DNA of 41,071 bases. Origin: a virus (Duplodnaviria > Caudoviricetes). The notes beneath the pieces were generated by a model that saw only the letters and a program-made list of their open reading frames with translations, was not told where the DNA came from and made no database searches. Of this stretch, positions 26,559 to 34,234 are shown in pieces. The translations under genes were made by a program, and so were the position numbers. Location: the IMG/VR virus record IMGVR_UViG_3300048848_000111, positions 1-41,071 of that record; one strand, given 5' to 3'. The first letter of the stretch is position 1. Each line of letters begins with the position of its first letter.

Positions 26559-27334
26559 CACAGCAGCCCGTCCATGAACAGCGCGGGCGGGTTGCCCGGG
26601 TCGGACTTCGGTCGGCGTCGGGGCGATGCGGTTGCGACGTAGGTGAGTGGCCAGACCGTGGCCGGCCAGTCAGCCGCCCAGCCCGAGTTCGGGTCGATGT
26701 CGTCGCCGTCTTCGTCCTCGGCGCTCGGGAAGCCCTGGTAGCCGATACGGCCGTCCTCCGTCGTCGCGTTGACCAGGAACAGCTCGTTCAGCCGGGTCCG
26801 AACCACGACCGTCTCGCACGCCTCCATGAGCACCGCGTCGAGGCCCTCGACGTCGTGAATGAGACGCGGCTGCAGCTCGACCAGTGGGCGGGCCACGGCC
26901 GGCACGTCGGACGGCCTGTAGACCTCGGCGAGCGCCGTCTCGAATTCGGTGATGATGCGCTGCGGGTCGACGTGGCGTTCTTCGAGCCAGTCCCAGGCGA
27001 GTTCGGTGTAGAGGCCTCCGTCTTCGGTGTATTCGACGAGTTCGCGGGCGAGCGCGTCGGCGAGCGCGGGTGAGTGCTTGCGGATGAAGATGAGGGCGTG
27101 GGCGGTGTGGGCGGCGCCGATCATCGCGATGATGCTGAGCATCCATTCGCGGGCGAGTCGGCCGTGTTCTGGGTCGCCCTTCTCTGCGTCCATGTAGGCG
27201 TGCATCACTGGTTCGGAGCGGGCGTGCTCGATGAGGACGCTTGCGGCGAAGTGCTTGATCAGGTCGTCGGCGGTGGCCGAGACTTCCGAGGGCCAGGGTG
27301 CGGCTTCCTCCGAGTAGGAGACGTCGATGGTCAT
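26558..27334 (-). CDS. Hypothetical protein (MTIDVSYSEE...)
   Basis: GGAAGGAAG RBS; ATGA overlap. Confidence 0.7.
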   Translation of the reverse strand: MTIDVSYSEEAAPWPSEVSATADDLIKHFAASVLIEHARSEPVMHAYMDAEKGDPEHGRLAREWMLSIIAMIGAAHTAHALIFIRKHSPALADALARELVEYTEDGGLYTELAWDWLEERHVDPQRIITEFETALAEVYRPSDVPAVARPLVELQPRLIHDVEGLDAVLMEACETVVVRTRLNELFLVNATTEDGRIGYQGFPSAEDEDGDDIDPNSGWAADWPATVWPLTYVATASPRRRPKSDPGNPPALFMDGLL

Positions 27335-27795
27335 TGTTCTGCTTCCTTCCGGATGCTCGGTATGGTCTGTGTGTTGCGGATCGCGATGAGTAGCGGGTAC
27401 GGGTCGCTGGGGTGGTTCTCGATGATCGAGGCGATCAGGTCGCGGTACTCCGACTGGGAGTGGACGGTCTCTCGGCCGAGGCGGGCGATCGCCGTGTCGA
27501 GTCGTGAGCGTGATATCTGCTCTCGCCAGCTGGTGCTGAGGTTCTGGATGCTCGCCGTCGAGACGGACGCGGCCATGCCCACAGCGGACAGTGCCCGCGC
27601 GGCGTCGGCGAGCGCCGCGGTGGCCTTCGTGGTGTCCACGGTGAACTTGCCCGTGACCGTTACGGGGCCTGTGAGAGTGAGGGTGCCGGCGGCCTGGCGC
27701 CTGCGGTTCCGCTCGTGGCGGTCGTGCAGCATCAGAGCGCCAGCCACGACCACCACGAGGGCGACGAGCGTGACGAGGAAGACGATCCCGGTCAC
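27331..27795 (-). CDS. Membrane protein with an N-terminal TM helix
   Basis: GAGG RBS, GTGA overlap, hydrophobic N-terminus. Confidence 0.65.
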   Translation of the reverse strand: MTGIVFLVTLVALVVVVAGALMLHDRHERNRRRQAAGTLTLTGPVTVTGKFTVDTTKATAALADAARALSAVGMAASVSTASIQNLSTSWREQISRSRLDTAIARLGRETVHSQSEYRDLIASIIENHPSDPYPLLIAIRNTQTIPSIRKEAEQ

Positions 27796-28172
27796 CGTGC
27801 CACCTCGACGATGTTCGGGAAGATCGAGAGGAACGGGGCGCGCCATCCAACCGAGGTGAAGGTGAGCTGCTCACCCTCACGCATCGCCGAGTAGGTGTCG
27901 GCGCTTGTGAAGTTCAGGCGCAGCAGGTCGTCAGAGACGGCGAACACACCACAGTCGGTGTAGACACGCATGTCGCTTCGGGACTGACCCGAGCCGTCCG
28001 TGACGGTGATCTGCACGGTGCGGTCCTTCGACTCCACTGTGCAGGTGTGCTCGGCGGTGCTCGTCTGCCACAGCGTCAGCCAGGCGCCGAGCACCAGGGC
28101 GACGAGAACGAACGGGGCGATCGCCGCGGCGACGATGGGCTTCGAGCCGCGCATTCTGCGAGAGGTGCTCAT
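27792..28172 (-). CDS. Secreted/membrane-anchored protein
   Basis: N-terminal TM helix; CTVESKDR...VYTDCGVF...GWRAPFLSIFPNI. Confidence 0.8.
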   Translation of the reverse strand: MSTSRRMRGSKPIVAAAIAPFVLVALVLGAWLTLWQTSTAEHTCTVESKDRTVQITVTDGSGQSRSDMRVYTDCGVFAVSDDLLRLNFTSADTYSAMREGEQLTFTSVGWRAPFLSIFPNIVEVAR

Positions 28173-28174
28173 GG

Positions 28175-29362
28175 TCAGTCGCCCTTCACGTTGATGATCT
28201 GGCGGAGGGTGTGGCGGATGCTGACGAGGTCGGCGGCGTCTTCCATCACGACGTCGATCGGCTTGTAGGCCTGCGGGATCTCGTCGATGAATGCGGAGGT
28301 GTCGCGGTACTCGATGCCGACCATCGCCTCGCGGAGCTGCTCGTGCGTGAACGTCTTCCGGGCGGCGGAGCGTGAGTACTCGCGGCCGGCGCCGTGGGGC
28401 GAGGAGTGCAGCGCGGTCGCGTTGCCCTTGCCCTCGACGACGTACGAGCGGGTGCCCATGCTGCCCGGGATCAGGCCCAGAACACCCTCGTGAGCGTCGA
28501 TTGCACCCTTCCGGGACAGCCACACATCCTTCCCGTTGTGGTGCTCACGCTCGGTGTAGTTGTGGTGGCAGTTCACCCGCTCCGACTCGACGACCACGAC
28601 ACCGGTGAGGAGTTCCACCTGGTTGATGACGCGGTCCATCATCTCCTCGCGGTTCTGCAGCGCGAACTCCTGCGCCCACCGCAGCTCGGCGATGTAGCGG
28701 TCGAACTCGGCCGTGCCCTCGACGAGATACGCGAGGTCCGGGTCCGGGAGGGTGATCCAGTGGCGCTTGCAGTACTCCTGCGCGACCGTGATGTGGTGCT
28801 GGGCGAGCTTGTTGCCGACGCCCCGTGAGCCCGAGTGCAGGAACAGCCACACCCGGTCGTCTTCGTCGATGCTGACCTCGATGAAGTGGTTCCCCGAGCC
28901 GAGCGTGCCGAGCTGCAGCTCCCAGTTCGCTGCGTAGGTGTGCGGGTCGAATCCGGCCCGCACGGCCAACGTCATGAGTGCGCCGATGCGGTCACGGGTG
29001 GAGGGTGTGATCTCGGTGTTGTAGTTGCCGGCCGAGAGCGGGATGCGGGCCTCGATGCTGCGTCGCAGGTAGCTGAGGTCGCCGCCGAGGAGGGCTCGGA
29101 ACTGCGCCTCCACGAACTGCGTGCGGACGGCGATCATGCCGCAGCCGATGTCGACACCGACCGCCGCCGGCATGATCGCTCCGAGCGTCGGAATCACCGA
29201 GCCGACCGTGGCGCCCTTCCCGAGGTGGGCGTCGGGCATCAGGGCCAGGTGCGGGTGGATGAACGGCATCTCCGACGCTCGGAGCGCCTGCTCCTTCGTC
29301 TGGTCGTCGAGGATCGATGCGTAGTTCCGCAGCTTCGGCGTCACGTAGGTCTGGACTGTCAT
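28175..29362 (-). CDS. rtcB: RtcB RNA 3'-phosphate/5'-OH ligase
   Basis: MPDAH, GVDIGCGM, GTLGSGNHFIE, HSGSRG, HHNY, RKGA, IPGSMG and HGAGR motifs all intact. Confidence 0.95.
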   Translation of the reverse strand: MTVQTYVTPKLRNYASILDDQTKEQALRASEMPFIHPHLALMPDAHLGKGATVGSVIPTLGAIMPAAVGVDIGCGMIAVRTQFVEAQFRALLGGDLSYLRRSIEARIPLSAGNYNTEITPSTRDRIGALMTLAVRAGFDPHTYAANWELQLGTLGSGNHFIEVSIDEDDRVWLFLHSGSRGVGNKLAQHHITVAQEYCKRHWITLPDPDLAYLVEGTAEFDRYIAELRWAQEFALQNREEMMDRVINQVELLTGVVVVESERVNCHHNYTEREHHNGKDVWLSRKGAIDAHEGVLGLIPGSMGTRSYVVEGKGNATALHSSPHGAGREYSRSAARKTFTHEQLREAMVGIEYRDTSAFIDEIPQAYKPIDVVMEDAADLVSIRHTLRQIINVKGD

Positions 29363-29417
29363 GGGGAATCTCCTTCATGGGGTAGGTGGTGCAGCTGCGG
29401 CGAGCGCCGCGGGTCGT

Positions 29418-30029
29418 TCAGGTGAAGAGGCGGTCGACGAGCAGCTCGTTCATGCGGGCGAGGTAGCGGGTTTCCGCCTGCGCCGGCGACCAACCGACGA
29501 TGTCGACGCCGAGGGGCTGGTGGGTGTCGTCGATCGCCCACCGCTGCGACGTCGGGAACAGGGCTGCGCGCTCGTCGAGGAGGATGCGGGTGTCAGCGTC
29601 GAGCACGGCCTCCGGGATGGGCCACCGGATGCCGGCCCACGCGGCGATCGCGAGCTGCACACTGTCTTCGACGTCGACATAGTCGGGCATGTGGCGTTTC
29701 AGCGGCCGGATCATGTCGCCGACGTAGGCCTCGGAGGCGTCGTGCAGCAGCGCCCAGAGCGCGTGTTTCGGGGCCACGGCGAAGCTGAGGTGCACGCAGT
29801 GCTCGGCCACGCTGTAGAACCGGGAGACGTGCCCGTTGTATCGGCACTGCAGCGCGAGCGAGTGGGCGATGTCGACGCCGCGGATGTCCTCGACAGCCGG
29901 GTCCATCGGGTAGAACTTCGCGCCCGAGAACGTCTGCATCCAGTCGCCGGCGCGCTCGAGCGGACGCAGCGCCGCGGCGAGCTCCTCACGGGTGAGCGGC
30001 CGGGAGTCGGCCGCGCCCGGCCCGCTCAC
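29418..30029 (-). CDS. HD-domain phosphohydrolase (YfbR/YfdR-like nucleotidase)
   Basis: DIAHSL...CRYNGH..FYSVAEH...LLHDASEAYVGD motifs. Confidence 0.88.
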   Translation of the reverse strand: MSGPGAADSRPLTREELAAALRPLERAGDWMQTFSGAKFYPMDPAVEDIRGVDIAHSLALQCRYNGHVSRFYSVAEHCVHLSFAVAPKHALWALLHDASEAYVGDMIRPLKRHMPDYVDVEDSVQLAIAAWAGIRWPIPEAVLDADTRILLDERAALFPTSQRWAIDDTHQPLGVDIVGWSPAQAETRYLARMNELLVDRLFT

Positions 30030-30460
30030 TTGCCGCTCCTCAGCAGCTCGCGGCGGTTCAGGATTCGGCCGAGCTGGCGCACGTCCTCGGCGTCGAGCCC
30101 GTAGGTAGCAATCGCATGGTGTGTCTCAACGAGGGGCCACACGTCACGCGGAGCGACGCCGAGCTTGCCCAGTTCCACAGCCGAGGCGAGCAACTCCTGC
30201 GCCTGAGCGTGCGAGACGGTCACGGCACGGAGTTCCGTCCAGAGTTCCGCGATCTGGGCAGCTGCGGCGAGCGCGATGCGACTACGCCGAGCTACGATCC
30301 GCTCGACGACGAGAACGATGACGAGCCCCAGCAGGAAGATGACAGACGTCGCGCCTGTGAACGTATCTCCGACGACGAAGGATGTGATCGCCGCGGCGAG
30401 GAGGGCGAGAACGGCAACCCACCCGAGGAGCGTGGTGAGTCTGGGGAGGATGCGTTTCAT
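30026..30460 (-). CDS. Two-TM membrane protein
   Basis: ATGA overlap; two hydrophobic helices. Confidence 0.7.
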   Translation of the reverse strand: MKRILPRLTTLLGWVAVLALLAAAITSFVVGDTFTGATSVIFLLGLVIVLVVERIVARRSRIALAAAAQIAELWTELRAVTVSHAQAQELLASAVELGKLGVAPRDVWPLVETHHAIATYGLDAEDVRQLGRILNRRELLRSGK

Positions 30461-31257
30461 GAGGTGCCTTTCGATAGGAGCGCCCCGGACGCGAACACGT
30501 CCCATGCGCGCTGGACGCCACCCGAGCCCGGGAAGACGTCAGTGAACTCGTCGTGCGGTTGCGCGCCGAGCAGGTCGAAGATCCAGCGGCAGAACACCGC
30601 CGGCTTGGCGCCGACCACCCGGAACGGGTCAGTGCGGCGGGGGCGGGCCGTGTAGATCAGTGAGTCGATGCGTCGTGGAGCGCCGGCGCTCGGCGACGCG
30701 TCAGGAGTACTAGCGCGACGCGTCGTGGTCGCCGGCGAGCGCGACGCGTCCGCGGCCGCGCGTCGCGACGCGTCGCTGTCGGCCGCGAGCTGCTCAGCAC
30801 TACGCGTGCTCGAGTCGACCGCGACGCGTCCTCCCCAGTAGACGACAGGTTCCCAGGCGCTCAGCGGGCCCGCGCTACGCGTCGGCCGGTCACCCCGGTG
30901 CCAGGCCGCCACGCGTACACCTGGTGGGCACGACGCGAGAATCTCGGGGAGCGCCCGGGCCGAGGTAGAGAGCGCCCAGCCGTCGTACGTCGACAGACTA
31001 CGGATCAGCTCGGGGTGGTCGACCTCGCCCGCGAAGTCAGGGTGGTCGCCGTAGTACCGCTTCGAGAGGCCCGGATACGGCGGGTCGGCGTAGGCGAGGC
31101 GTAGCGACTCACCGTGGCCACGCGCGACGGGTACGCCGACACCCGACACGAACCGGTGACGCGCCTGGCGGCACCGCACCGAGCAGCAGATCGCGTCAGC
31201 TCGCAGCGTCCCCGGGATGGGGCCACGGCACCACGCGCACGTCTTCGACTCGGCCAT
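30457..31257 (-). CDS. Beta-class amino (N6A/N4C) DNA methyltransferase with an N-terminal Zn finger and an internal repeat array
   Basis: CAWC...CCSVRC finger; motif IV DPPY; C-terminal GAKP...DVFPGSG (motif I); low-complexity DAS/TRR insert between them. Confidence 0.75.
   Translation of the reverse strand: MAESKTCAWCRGPIPGTLRADAICCSVRCRQARHRFVSGVGVPVARGHGESLRLAYADPPYPGLSKRYYGDHPDFAGEVDHPELIRSLSTYDGWALSTSARALPEILASCPPGVRVAAWHRGDRPTRSAGPLSAWEPVVYWGGRVAVDSSTRSAEQLAADSDASRRAAADASRSPATTTRRASTPDASPSAGAPRRIDSLIYTARPRRTDPFRVVGAKPAVFCRWIFDLLGAQPHDEFTDVFPGSGGVQRAWDVFASGALLSKGTS
30666..30830. repeat. ACGCGT palindrome array, copy C (inside the methyltransferase gene)
   Basis: ACGCGT at 30696, 30718, 30744, 30768, 30802 and 30824; ATGCGT at 30668; outliers at 30877 and 30911. 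Confidence 0.85.
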
Positions 31258-31454
31258 TAGCTGACCTTCGGCTCGGCCATGAGCCCCTCGGAGCACTTGC
31301 GGCACAGCGGCCGGTCGGGCACCGGGGACTCGGGGAACCGGTACGAGATGCGGACGTATTGGCCGCAGATCGAGAACCGCTCGCCGGGCCGGCGGGCGTG
31401 CGAGAGGCTCGGCTTGTCGGTCGTGAACTTCACCGGCACGATCTCCTTGTGCAT
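31257..31454 (-). CDS. Small Zn-finger-like protein (65 aa)
   Basis: H...ICG...LCRKC motif; coupled at both ends. Confidence 0.65.
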   Translation of the reverse strand: MHKEIVPVKFTTDKPSLSHARRPGERFSICGQYVRISYRFPESPVPDRPLCRKCSEGLMAEPKVS

Positions 31455-32530
31455 CAGTGCTCTCCGATCCGGACGTCAGGGGCCGCGAGGTGTCCGTTCG
31501 CTGTCTCGTAGATGTGCCGGACCTTGCCGGGCTTCACGGTGTGGGTGACCGTGATGCTGGTCGCTCCGTCGTCATGGCGGACCAGCACGCCGGCGGGCGG
31601 GATGTCGTCGGCGGCCTCGGCGAGCGCGTCGCGGATGAGGTCGTACTCGCGCTGTCGGCGGGCCGAGGAGACCGTGAGGGCGGGGGCGGTGAGCATGAGG
31701 TCGCCGGCGTACTTCGCTGCGAGGTGCTCGGCGGTGCGGCGGGCGGCGGCAGCCTTGTCGCGGTTCGCCTTGCGGCGGGCGGCGAGGATGTCGTCTCGCC
31801 AGTCGCGGAGCAGGGACAGGTACCAGGTCTCGGAGAAGGTGTTCCCGCAGCCCTCGCAGATGATGAGACGACGATCGCCCGCGCGGCGCGGCGGCCAGAG
31901 CGCGATCTTGCCCTGGTCGCAGTACTCGGTCTGGTGGGGCATGGGCGAGTAGTGCGAGCGCATCTTCATCGAGTGGCGGGCACCGACGGCGGCGATGCTG
32001 CTGAGGAGTCCTGTGACGCCTTCGAGGTCGTCGGTGTCGAGGACGGTGAGGATGTCGTTCAGGTGCGAGTCGAGCCAGGTCGCGATCGCTGCTGTCTGGT
32101 AGCGGGCCGCTGACGGGGTGACGTTTGACGGGAGGCCTTTGACGTGACCGGCCTCGCTGCGCCACGCATGAGAGGCCGCCTCCGGCGCTGTGAGCTGCAG
32201 CCGCTTCGCGAAGTAGCGGGCGAGGTACACCAGCGTCTCGTACATGCCGTTCACGTCAGCGAACGCACCCTCGTTGAACGGCATCGGTGCTGACGCGTTC
32301 GAGGTCTTCACCAGCGACTCGTCGCCTCCGTTTCCGCGGTCGGGGATGCGGGAGGTGACGTGCTCCGCGAGGTCTGGGGCAAGGCGCAGCGGGTAGGCCA
32401 GGCGGGAGAAGCAGCGGTCGCAGTAGGCGCCGTGGGTGGCGAGCATCGGCGATGGCTCGTCGTTCTCCTCGGTGCCCTTCACCACGCAGCCGGCACGGCA
32501 CTGCCGCTGCTCTTCGATGCGCTCGCTCAC
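31454..32530 (-). CDS. Cys-rich conserved actinophage protein, candidate late regulator
   Basis: CRAGC, YCDRC and ICEGC motifs; regulatory function is inferred only. Confidence 0.6.
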   Translation of the reverse strand: MSERIEEQRQCRAGCVVKGTEENDEPSPMLATHGAYCDRCFSRLAYPLRLAPDLAEHVTSRIPDRGNGGDESLVKTSNASAPMPFNEGAFADVNGMYETLVYLARYFAKRLQLTAPEAASHAWRSEAGHVKGLPSNVTPSAARYQTAAIATWLDSHLNDILTVLDTDDLEGVTGLLSSIAAVGARHSMKMRSHYSPMPHQTEYCDQGKIALWPPRRAGDRRLIICEGCGNTFSETWYLSLLRDWRDDILAARRKANRDKAAAARRTAEHLAAKYAGDLMLTAPALTVSSARRQREYDLIRDALAEAADDIPPAGVLVRHDDGATSITVTHTVKPGKVRHIYETANGHLAAPDVRIGEH

Positions 32531-32904
32531 GGTCGGTCGAGTCCGAACGCTGCGACCTTCACGGCCTCGGCCGGCGCGAGCCGCTCGGGCCAGCCCGGAG
32601 CCTTCCCCGACGAGTGGCGGGCGGCCGACACGATCACCGGCGGCTCGAGGCGCAGGTTCCCCGGGTAACCGGCCAGCGCCTCGGCGATCACCTCATCACA
32701 CGCTCGTCCGACATCGAAGATCGAGTCGACTGCCGCGACATACTGTGCCTGCGAGATCTCGCCTGCCTCGTACGCAGCGGATAGCCGTGCTGCTCGGCCG
32801 CGCGACGCCGCGATATACTGCCACATCGGCGTGTAGCCGAGGTCGCTGTCATCGCGGGAGATGTGGACCTCGTCGAGGACGGCCTGTACGGTGTGCTGGC
32901 TCAT
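32527..32904 (-). CDS. Hypothetical protein (MSQHTVQAVL...)
   Basis: ATGA / GTGA coupling. Confidence 0.65.
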   Translation of the reverse strand: MSQHTVQAVLDEVHISRDDSDLGYTPMWQYIAASRGRAARLSAAYEAGEISQAQYVAAVDSIFDVGRACDEVIAEALAGYPGNLRLEPPVIVSAARHSSGKAPGWPERLAPAEAVKVAAFGLDRP

Positions 32905-33281
32905 GCGGAGGGTGCCTTTCGTGCTGTGAGTTCGAGTTCGGCGCGGATGCTGCCGTTGAGGTAATCGAGTGGCCGCCAGACGCCGCAGTCGAAGCCGGCG
33001 TTCTCGAGGGCGGCGAGCCACACCTTCTGGTCGGGCCGGAGATAGGCCCGCTTCTGCTTCTTCAGTTCGCGGAACAGCGAGAGGCCGAAGACGGGATGCA
33101 CTAGGTGCAGGTCCGGGTAGCCGGCTTGTGAGCGGCGCGAGTCGTGGGTGTGGTAGGCGAGCCAGCCAAGCGTCTCGGCGAGCTTGATGACCTTCGCCAA
33201 CAGCTGATCCTCCGACCAGCCGTCCGCGATCATCTCGTGGTACTCGTCGCGGGACACGGGCCGGGTGCTGAACTCCGCCAT
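32901..33281 (-). CDS. VRR-Nuc domain nuclease
   Basis: YHTHDSRRS.AGYPDL...RELK...Q..W...VWRP motifs. Confidence 0.88.
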   Translation of the reverse strand: MAEFSTRPVSRDEYHEMIADGWSEDQLLAKVIKLAETLGWLAYHTHDSRRSQAGYPDLHLVHPVFGLSLFRELKKQKRAYLRPDQKVWLAALENAGFDCGVWRPLDYLNGSIRAELELTARKAPSA

Positions 33282-34234
33282 CAGCTCACTCCTCCCCGGG
33301 ATCGTGCTCGAGGCCCAGGGCTTCGGAGTCGATCAGGTCTTGCATCCAGCGCTCGTGCTTCAGCCGGGCGGTGCGGCAGGCCCAGCAGTTCTTCGTGGTG
33401 CCGTTCGGCTGGTGCTCGGCGCAGACCGAGGGATTCGCGAGGAGGTCGCGAGCGGTTCCCTCTCCCGACCCCGCCCCTTCCCCCCGACCGCCCGCTCCCG
33501 CGCGCGCTCCCCTCCCCTCTACCGCGAGCGTGTCGCGCGGGACTCGCGAGGCATTCGCGAGCGAATCGCGAGGCGGCGGGGGAGGGATGCTCGAGTCGGT
33601 CGGCTTGTCCACCCGCTGCCACCCCGGCCAGTCCACGACCGAGTAATAGATCCGGTCGCCGGCGTCGTACAGCTGGATGTATCCCTTGTCGTCGAGGATC
33701 ACCAGGTGCTCCTCGATCGCCGCCTTCGTCACCGACTCCTCGAGCGGCCACAGCGCCGACACCAGCAGCACCGGGTTCGCTGACTCGCACCCGAAGTCGT
33801 CGGCGTACATCATCAGGCCGAGGAAGCTCATCCGCACGGGGAGCGGGAGCAGCAGAAAGCTCTCCTCCTGGAAGAACCTCGGCTTCACTGTTCGGTTTCG
33901 GCTGATTGCCATTGCGCGCTATACCTCTGCAAATCGTTCGGATGGCCCTGTCGAGATCGGCTCTGCTCACTCGGAAGCACTCGGTGAAGCCCCGGCCGCC
34001 GGGAAGGATGCTCATCGACTCCACAGCCGAGGCGAAGGCCCGCTCGAAGCTGCCGCCCACTTCGGCGAGCGCCGCTCTCTCGTAGGTGGCGGGGGTGTCG
34101 CGGAGGAGTGCGACGACGCGGCCACCGGTGGCGGTGAGGTTCATGACGCGGTGCATGCGCCAGGCGCGGCCGACCTTGAGGATGCCGCGGTCGGGCCAGT
34201 AGATGGCGTAGAGCATTGCTGTCTTTGGGATCAT
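33281..34234 (-). CDS. GIY-YIG/T5orf172-like protein; its frame stays open across the whole replication gene
   Basis: LYAIY...ILKVG...R...E...GFTECF in the first ~110 aa; ATGA-coupled start; the C-terminal 200 aa are shadow-like. Confidence 0.55.
   Translation of the reverse strand: MIPKTAMLYAIYWPDRGILKVGRAWRMHRVMNLTATGGRVVALLRDTPATYERAALAEVGGSFERAFASAVESMSILPGGRGFTECFRVSRADLDRAIRTICRGIARNGNQPKPNSEAEVLPGGELSAAPAPRADELPRPDDVRRRLRVRVSEPGAAGVGAVAARGVGDEGGDRGAPGDPRRQGIHPAVRRRRPDLLLGRGLAGVAAGGQADRLEHPSPAASRFARECLASPARHARGRGEGSARGSGRSGGRGGVGRGNRSRPPRESLGLRRAPAERHHEELLGLPHRPAEARALDARPDRLRSPGPRARSRGGVS
33286..33912 (-). CDS. Phage replication initiator-like protein with a C-terminal CHCC Zn motif
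   Basis: R.RTVKP.FF...F.GL..YADD.G...W..WQRVDKP N-terminal domain; VCAEHQPNGTTKNCWAC. Confidence 0.75.
   Translation of the reverse strand: MAISRNRTVKPRFFQEESFLLLPLPVRMSFLGLMMYADDFGCESANPVLLVSALWPLEESVTKAAIEEHLVILDDKGYIQLYDAGDRIYYSVVDWPGWQRVDKPTDSSIPPPPPRDSLANASRVPRDTLAVEGRGARAGAGGRGEGAGSGEGTARDLLANPSVCAEHQPNGTTKNCWACRTARLKHERWMQDLIDSEALGLEHDPGEE

Noticed and set aside
30666-30830. CRISPR array or simple tandem repeat
   Set aside because: The cores are only 6-10 bp with irregular 22-34 bp spacing and there are no cas genes; reported instead as a palindrome array.
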